A stretch of 64,000 bases of DNA. Origin: Paragordius varius. Its lineage: Eukaryota; Animalia; Nematomorpha. The stretch lies in assembly GCA_964247055.1 (NCBI GenBank), contig OZ176055.1, forward strand, positions 8,866,001-8,930,000, given 5' to 3'. How positions within the stretch are numbered: position 1 is the stretch's first letter; the number at the start of each line of letters is the position of its first letter. The notes beneath the pieces were generated by a model. The model ran no database searches, was not told the DNA's origin, and saw only the letters and a program-made list of their open reading frames with translations. A program made the position numbers and the translations under genes. Of this stretch, positions 55,512 to 64,000 are shown piece by piece.

Positions 55512-57799
55512 AAAGCGAAAAATTATAAGTTTAAAATTATCTTATTCGCTTTTTACTCCTTAGCAAAATTGCTGCATATGTTATCTGGTAATATTTACTC
55601 ATATACTATATTAGGGCTGTCCAACACAAATGGCTTAGCGGGCTGCCCATTTTGAATTCACAAAATATAAGGGTAGGTATTAACAAATATTTTATTAAAT
55701 TTTAAACATATTAAAAACATTACCATTTTTATTTTAACATTTTATTTTTACTAGTTTATTGCCAAAATTTGGAAGGATTATTCAGAAAATTTATATGAAA
55801 AAAGGAAATAATTTCCCTTGAATTTCGTAAAATTTTGGGTATAAAATATTATGGAGGGCCGCGCATGTTAGCCACCCCTGTAGTATATTATATGAATAAA
55901 CAGCACAATTATTAAACAATCTCTGAATAATCTAATATAAAGTATTAAGATTTTGCATTTTATGATTTCTTTCCATAAAAATTGGTAAAAATATTTATAA
56001 AAATTATATACCATTTAAAATTAAATTCACCCTTGAATCATCACCCTCGAACAATTCGAATTCACCCTAGAAATAATTTATGCGTTTTCGGGCTAATATT
56101 TTATAATTATGATATTTATATTTGTGGCTTCGTTTTATATTATTCCAGTATAAAATTTAGGTAATTTTTAATCCAAAAAAACATATAATTATTTTAGGGT
56201 GAATTTGAATTGTTCAACGGTGAATTTGAAGTGTAAATAGTATATATTCAAAACTAAAAAATTTTTACGGATAATTAGGGTGGACAGCATGAGCTTGGTC
56301 AGAACTTACTAGAAACGATTCAGCTAACGTTATTCCAAATAACTCTTCGGGCTCAAAATTGCTTGAAGTATTTTCATGAATTAGTTTTGAATTTAAAACT
56401 ATGCGCTTTAGTATGTTTGTTATCCCAGTACAGTCTGCACCCTGATAACTTTGAGAACCGACCTATTATATACATAATAATACAGTAAAAAATTTAGAGT
56501 TTTGTAAAAAAAGGTAAAAAATAAAGGGAGAAATATTTTTTAACTATAACCATATGTTTTAAAAACCTTGATTTTTAACATATAGACCATTTACAGTTCA
56601 AATTTACCCTTGAACAATTCAAATTCACCCTAAAAATAAATTATGTGTTTTCGAACTAAAATAACTCATAATTAATAAGAAATATATCTTTATGGCATAG
56701 CTTATTATTTTTTCAGTATCATTTTAATTTTAAACAAAATTTTTTATTTTTTAAAATATATAAAAATATTATATCTAAAAACATATATTTTATTTGAGGG
56801 TGAATTTGAATTGTTTAAGGGTGAATTTGAATTGTAAATGGTATATATATCATTGTTTTGGGTTGAAAAATGAGGATTAGAGATGTAATTGTTATACAAA
56901 CCTTCAATTATTCAATTCTTTATTCTAATTTTATAGTTTTAAGTAGCTAATTAATCAAAGTTTAAAAACGCGTATGGTTGTCTTTTAGTTTTTATATCTT
57001 ATAAAATTTTAAAAAGCGTAGTAATATAAGTAACAAACCTCTTCATTATCAAATAGTAGGAGCAATCGAATATTCGTTTCATTCTCAATCGATTTCATGG
57101 CATCTATAAATCCCTAAAAGTTAAATTTAATGGAAAAAAAAATTTGTACCATCAAAGCTGTATATGATCCCAATTGGTTATCAAGGCGAGATGCGCTTAC
57201 AAATTCATTATCTATCCCGAACAAAGTCTGCAAAATATTAAGTGGAAATATATATATAAACCATTTACAAATCAAATTCAAATTCACCCTCGAACAATTC
57301 AAATTCACCCTAAAATAAATTATGTGTTTTCGGGCTAAAATAAATCATTATTAGTATGAAGAAATATATTTTTATGGCATAGTTTATAATTTTTTCATTA
57401 TTATTTTAATTTTAAACAAAAATTCATTTTCCAAAAAATATAAACAATATAGGTAATTATTCATTTTAAAAAACACTTTTTTTAGGGTGAATTTTAATTG
57501 TTCAAGGGTGAATTCGAACTGTAAATGGTATATATATGCATATATAGAATAGAATAGAAAATGATAATGTAAGATATGAAAAAATATTAAAACTAAAAAA
57601 CTCTAAGCTAGATAAAAAATGATAATTAAAAAATGGAAAAAAAGCTGTCATTCCAAAAATGTAGGGCCAACAATATTTTAGGTATCCTTATTTTTTTCAA
57701 TTCAGAGGATTTATAATATCAAATATGAGATTAAGTTAGGAGCTTTCAACACTATATTTTTCAACTTTAAAGATTTTTATGATGATAAACAAATATGAA

Positions 57800-57856
<57 letters not shown>

Positions 57857-59179
57857 TTTTAATCTAGACCAGTGGTTCCCAAAAGAGGGCAGTATAAAAA
57901 TCTGTGAGGGGGGCGGGCGAAAAATTTGGACAATTAAATTATAAAATATAACTAGAAACAAAATGTAGTTTAATAATAAGGATCTCAGGTGCAAATTATC
58001 AATATTTGTTTGTCCCCGCCATATGCAGAAAATATTTATCAGCAATCGCAGAGCCAAGGATCTCAATAATTATGATTTTTATTATATATATTATGATAAG
58101 TTTTGCATTTTTATTTTTTTAGAAAATTTTTTCAACTTTGGTGGGGCGTGAACAAAAAAAAGGTTGGGAAACAGCTGATCTAGACCATTAATTTTTTAGA
58201 ATAAAAAAATAAAAAAAGGTACTGCTGGTTGGACATCATACAGGCATAATTCAAGGTCTGTTATAGACTCTGGTGGGGTAATTTCCAATTCTTTCGATAA
58301 TAATCGCATAATGGGGGGAATTTTATCGTTTTCGCTATCCTTGGCAATATTTAAGGAAGTAATTGGTAATCTAATTTAGAGACAAAATGAAATAAAATTT
58401 TAATAAAATCTTTCAAAAAAACGTCCTACAATATTTTATTAATTAACCACCAAACGTCATTCATGTACATATATGGATATATAATCTTTCAAAAAAATTA
58501 GTTTTTCAAATTATAATGGGGTAAGAAAAATTATGTTTCTAATAAATTTTATCAATAAACCTACCCTCCTTACCCCAACAAATATATATCAAATGGTTTG
58601 TTTTGTTTATTATTCAAATCAACAAATTTATTACAATTCTCATTCAAGTTACTGTAATAAATAAAAGGAAAAATAATGTAAGTTGTCCATTTGAAAAAAT
58701 CAAAAAAAAATCGGTAAAAATAAAAAAAATCTTACAAATGCGTTTCCTTATTAATGACAAATTTTTCATTGTATTCCGGATGTAAATGAATGGCAACAGT
58801 AGGAATCCTAAGCAATGGTCTTTTCAAATCAATCAAGTGTTGTTTTAATTCATTTTCTTTATTCTAAATATCACATGCCAAAATATATATACAGTAAAAA
58901 TTGTGAATTATACGGACAAATATTTTTTTTAAAAAAAACAACCACGCTTTTTAAATCTAAATTATAAAATTGTAAAGTATAAAATAGAAATGTATATTGG
59001 TGACACAATCAATTATATATTTTAAAAATTGTAAATAATAATTTATATGGGAAAAAATTAGAGCATGGTTTTCTTTTAGAATAAAATATTTGTCTATAAA
59101 TTTTTCGTTTTGTCCGTATAATTTCAATTTTTACGGTATATGTTAAGATTTAAGTCTCATTTCTAGGTCACATATATTT

Positions 59180-59226
<47 letters not shown>

Positions 59227-60783
59227 TTTATAGAATCGATAATAGTTGGTTTATAATATTACATTGAATATCCCTTTTTAGCTATGTAATTCACAAAAAA
59301 TTGAAAAAAAACTAAAAAAGTCTAAATTTAAACCTTTAAACTTTTGTATATAAATATTTTTTTGCTCTAAAACGCTTATAAAACGGACAAATAATAATTT
59401 TAAGAAAATAATTAAAAAAAACTTTTTTAAAAAATAATTTAAATTCGACAAAAAATTATCAACTGTTGTCAATCGACTTTTTGAAATCTATAAAAGTTTT
59501 AGACTACACTGTAGTAGTTATAAAAATGTAAAAATGACATTAATAATATGTCTACAAGTTAAGTTTCAAATAAAAATACCAAAATATATACCATTTACAA
59601 TTCAAATTTACCCTTGAACAATTCAAATCCACCCTCCTAAAAATAAATTATACGTTTTCGAGGTAATTCATATTAATATAAAGTATACAACTTTATGGTT
59701 TAGTATATTTATTTTTCAGCATAATTTTAAGTTTAAACAAAATTTCATTTTTCAAAAATATATAAGAATACAGAGGTATTTACAATCCTAAAAAACACAT
59801 AATTTATTTTAGGATGAAATTAAATCGTTCAAGAATGAATTTAAAGTTTAAGGGTAGAATATGAATTGCAAATGGTATATTTATGTGTTGATAAAATAAA
59901 ATGTTTAAAAAAAACTTTTATTAAAATATTTAATGGTTATCGAAAAAACAGTTATGGAAAAAAAGTTTTACCTTAATTATAACTCTACCGGCTAAACTCA
60001 AGTCTCGATCGAACCAAGTATACCAAATAGCTCCTCCGTAACATTGAACCCCCAATTGTTCATAATTTATTTTTCGTTTGTAAGAAACGGGCTTTACCTA
60101 TACGCCATTAATTAAACAAAAATATAAATTAAATTAGACAGGAAATATTTATTTAAAATCTATATATTTAAATTATATTTTTTTAAAGGAATATTTATGA
60201 TTTTTTTGTGAAAATTATAAATTAAAGATATATAAGCTTAAAAAACATTTTTTAACAATTAAAACTCTTAAATATTTTAAAGTGAGACCGGATGTTCAGT
60301 AAAATAAATTTAAAAAAATCAAAACACACCATATTAAAAATACATATGTAACAAACCTTTTAAATTATATGCAAAATTAAACAGCTCGTGGTTTATATTA
60401 ATCAAAGTAATATATTAATAATAAACTTTAAAATTAATAATAGGTAAAATACACGGGGAATTTAAATTTATTGTATTAAATAAATATATGTAAAACATTT
60501 ACTCTGAGGCAGGGGCTATCCGTGTGTCCTGCAACAGCAGAAAATCCATTGCCACAAACATATTTTCTACCGACAACAAATGCAATAAGCGTTGATTTAT
60601 TACGCGTTAAGAAATATTTTCCCGCTCGCTTTAAATTCCACAATGATCCTTCAAAAATTTCTTCAAAGCCAACGTTTTTTAATATAGTTTTTGACTTTTC
60701 AACCACTAAAAATATAATTAAATATAACCGTGCCAAGGTGATGGGCATTCATTTACAAAGTTTATAAAATTTAATGATTCCAT
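53175..60783 (-). CDS. DNPEP: Aspartyl aminopeptidase (M18). Exons 60783-60729, 60705-60503, 60097-59972, 58863-58736, 58370-58223, 57227-57150, 57113-57039, 56462-56269, 55281-55140, 54583-54416, 53216-53175
   Basis: [83 protein letters not shown]; metal-ligand motifs present and phases consistent. Confidence 0.96.
55612..55880. mobile_element. hAT-type MITE in a DNPEP intron
   Basis: Imperfect TIR TAGGGCTGTCCAAC / GTTAGCCACCCCTG; TSD TACTATAT/TAGTATAT (7 of 8 match). Confidence 0.7.
57870..58177. mobile_element. hAT (Charlie-like) MITE in a DNPEP intron
   Basis: TIR CAGTGGTTCCCAA / TTGGGAAACAGCTG; perfect 8-bp TSD ATCTAGAC. Confidence 0.85.
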
Positions 60784-61269
60784 ATCAAAATTTAAATATC
60801 AAACCTTACAAAAAGATGTATACTCATATGTACTACAAATATTTTAGCTCTCTTCTCACCCTTTATTTCGATAATTTATTTAGTAATTAGGAGTAATTTT
60901 GGTATAAATTTTATAATATCAAATATTTAAGTATCCAAAACATTTTTCAGCGCCTTAATTTTTTATTTTATTAAACGTATTTACCCGATAATTTTGCTAA
61001 TATTTGATCCAAACCTATTTTACCTAGTTACATTTAATAGTTGGGCTATATTTTATATTATATATGGCTGAACATTTATCATACCTGGAAATATTTCTTG
61101 CACCAACCACCAAAAAATGAGTGTAGTAGACAAGCTGAATACTTGGGCACTTTGGCATGTTGATATTGGAGATATACGTCATTAGGATTAATTTTATATT
61201 TTTCGTTTGCCGTAAGCTAAGATTCATTAAATATTATAATTATAGTTTCTAGGAGCCATTTTTTTGGTA

Positions 61270-61700
61270 GTTACTAGAACTGCACTCCCCTTGTTATTTA
61301 TGACAGAGCCATTAATTGTCGGCTAGCTTTGTAAAAGACTTGTTTGGATGAATCAGTCATAATCATTTTTTTGGCCCGCATCCTTCATAGCAAGCTCTGT
61401 ACACACATATAAGCGCATTTTGAGGCATTTGTATACTTACCAGACACATATATGATAAATAAGTCTCAGGAACTTGTTACCCACTTTTAAGGGTATTTTT
61501 GGCCTACATCAAAATATATTTCCTTAGCCAGAATCTCAATGCTTTAACCAAATCTTTTTCCAATATATTTTGAGGGGTGCCAGATAAATGTCCACAGGTA
61601 TATTATGATGAGAGCTGACAAGCCAACTACGAATACATTCCTATCTTAATATACATATATTGTTAGGATTTTAATAGTCGCATTATCTTCTTTTATACGT
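61270..61700 (+). pseudogene. Decayed non-LTR RT fragment (tentative)
   Basis: IFLARILHSKLCTHI and GVPDK resemble RTE KILARILLNRL and GVP.K segments; many stops. Confidence 0.3.
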
Positions 61701-62288
61701 CAACTCCATTCTATAACATTAATAAGTAGGTGGGTGAAAGAGAAAATAGTTTGGCTGGCATAATCATTAATCCATATCTTTGCATTCTTACACAGAATAA
61801 ATGATCCATCAGAAATATTTTCCAATGCGGTTTTGAACTATTTTTTTGCAAAGTAATGATTGTTTTTGTTGTTAAGGTCGTTTCCGACTAACTGCAACAT
61901 TGAAAATATAACCTCTCCATCTCGGATATTCAGGCTAAATCCACCCGTCATAAAATGGGCCTAAGTTCAACAATTCATATCCCTAAAATTTGGATAAACA
62001 ATTTAAACAGATACCTAAGGTATTCTATTAATGATCAATAGCATTTGAATTTTACCAAAAAACTCAAAAATGCTTTCAAGCAGAGACAACACATTTAATT
62101 ATGAAAATAGTTTTTGGTTGGGCCCAGCATCCACCAGTGATTAGGATTATATATGTTAATGCTATTATCTATAACGTTGAGTAAAAGGAGCCGCAATTAT
62201 TTTTTCTGGTATCAGATAACTTTTCTATTAACACTTGGATACAACACATTCATTTTAGTCATTCGATTCAAAGTGAGACAGTTAAATA

Positions 62289-63498
62289 CCCCAGGCCTGT
62301 TTAAAATTAAATTCATTTAAAAATATGGAAGAAATCGCAACCATGGCATAATTTTGCACTTATATAACATTAATAAACCGAATTATATAAATTTTATTCA
62401 AAAATACTTGATATTACTTAAGCTAAAACCGAACAAGTTATTTACTCAACGTGACATGTGTGCAATAAATTGAAAAATAATACAAAATAAACCGTTCTAA
62501 AATCTTTAATTTTAACCTTAGAATTAAATTAAGACAATATTTGCAAAAAAATTTGTAAAATAAAATGGCGTCGAAGGAGTTTGACCTGTTGGAACTTTTT
62601 TTCAAACAAACTTCATTGTGATATTTTGTTATATTTATATAATTTTTATTATGATAGGAGCCTAAATTTAAATTGGGATCGTTTCATTCAGTAATTTTTT
62701 AAAAATCTTAACTCAAATTTAGTCTGGGGTATTGAGATACCCCAAATCGAGTCGAAGTGTTAAAATAGATAAATTTTTGAAGATCCGAATGATTATACAT
62801 ATTTTTTTAAAGCATTAATTTTTTATAAATACACCGGATATAAACTACTTTAAAATATTATAATACCACTTTACATTTCCATTCCACAGAATATCACATC
62901 AGTATTCTGATTATTATTTTTGATTTCTCATTTATAAATGAATATATATTGTGCCATCAATTATCATATCTGATATCATTCTTATTAACACTTCGATTCA
63001 AATTGTATCTAAATACCCCAGACTAAATTTAAATTAATATTTTTAAAAACTATTAAAGGAAACGGTCCCAATTTAAATTTATGCCTCTCCTAATAAAAAT
63101 TATATAAATGTGCTAAAATATCTTAATAAAATTTTGTTTTGAAAAAAAAAGTTCCATGTCAAACTACTTCTATGCCGTTATTTAACGAAATTTTTGTAAA
63201 ATATCGTCTTCATTTAGTTTTAAGGGTAAAATTAATGCTAATTTATTTAAATTACATCTAACACTGATAATAGAAAAAGCGGTGTTTTTTGTATTTATTT
63301 TCAATTTAATTATTGCCCATATGTTACGTTGACTAAATTTTTACCTTTCAGTTTTAGCTTAAAATAAGCATTATTAAGAAGTATTTTTGAATAAACTTTT
63401 TTGTATATTTCGGTTTATTAATATATAAGTGCAAAATTTCGCCATGATTTCGATTCTACCCATATTTTTAAAAAATTCAAGTTTAAACAGGCCAGGGG
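62289..63498. mobile_element. 1.2-kb foldback element, TA-flanked, nested inside another inverted-repeat element
   Basis: TA|CCCCAGGCCTGTTTAAA...TTTAAACAGGCCAGGGG|TA, complementarity along most of its length; flanks 62230-62280 and 63515-63565 are themselves inverted. Confidence 0.85.
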
Positions 63499-64000
63499 TA
63501 TATAACTACCCCAATTTTAATCGAAGGACCAAAATGAATGTGTTGTATCCAAGTGTTAATGAGGAGTTATATTGGCCCGAAAATACATAATAATTTATTT
63601 TTAGGGTGAATTTGAAGTGTAAATAGTATATTAAATTCGTTCAAACATTGCATTTTTTATATAAATTAAGTTAGGTTATATAGTGGTAATTATTAGCACC
63701 AAAGGCAAATTTTGAATAAATTTAGCACATGCATCAAAATTCAACAGAGAAAAATTTTTTATATTATTAATATAAGTAATAACTTTAAAAGCTACCGTGT
63801 TTCATCATGAAATATTACTAAAACACCTCTAATAATTATGTTTAGCCGATAAATGCATAAATTTATGCAAAAACTTAGGTAACAATTTTCGCAAATAATA
63901 GGTACATAACTTAATTAACAAAGTTGTCACTAATTATATAAAATTAAGCAATATGTGGTTTCTTTATAAAAATACTTTACAGTTATGGAAAATAGTGGCA

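Noticed and set aside
61024-61227. 67-aa minus ORF with a GT donor upstream of DNPEP
   Set aside because: No in-frame join that keeps the SPWH motif and no recognisable homology; may be UTR.

Overview
Very AT-rich eukaryotic (animal) genomic DNA with spliceosomal introns; the supplied ORF track is mostly single-exon fragments or repeat artefacts. Manual exon assembly gives eight intron-containing genes: the 5' part of NALCN (-, runs off the left end), HSDL2 (+), proteolipid M6 (-), UCKL1 (+, 14 exons), a Cys-rich type I membrane protein (+), a His/Lys-rich orphan (+), a divergent secreted VWA-like protein (-, absent from the ORF track) and aspartyl aminopeptidase DNPEP (-). A ninth gene fragment is possible at 40.7-41.0 kb. 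Introns and intergenic DNA are packed with MITEs, hAT and Harbinger-like elements, a non-autonomous Helitron, foldback elements and decayed non-LTR/Tc1 relics. Two patterns stand out. First, ultra-short 23-36 nt introns sit beside kb-sized TE-filled ones. Second, in four different genes the 3' end of an exon plus its 5' splice site is reiterated in tandem into the downstream intron ('exon-end echoes'). All calls come from manual reading and translation; no searches were run, the organism is not identified, and TE boundaries without a target-site duplication are approximate.
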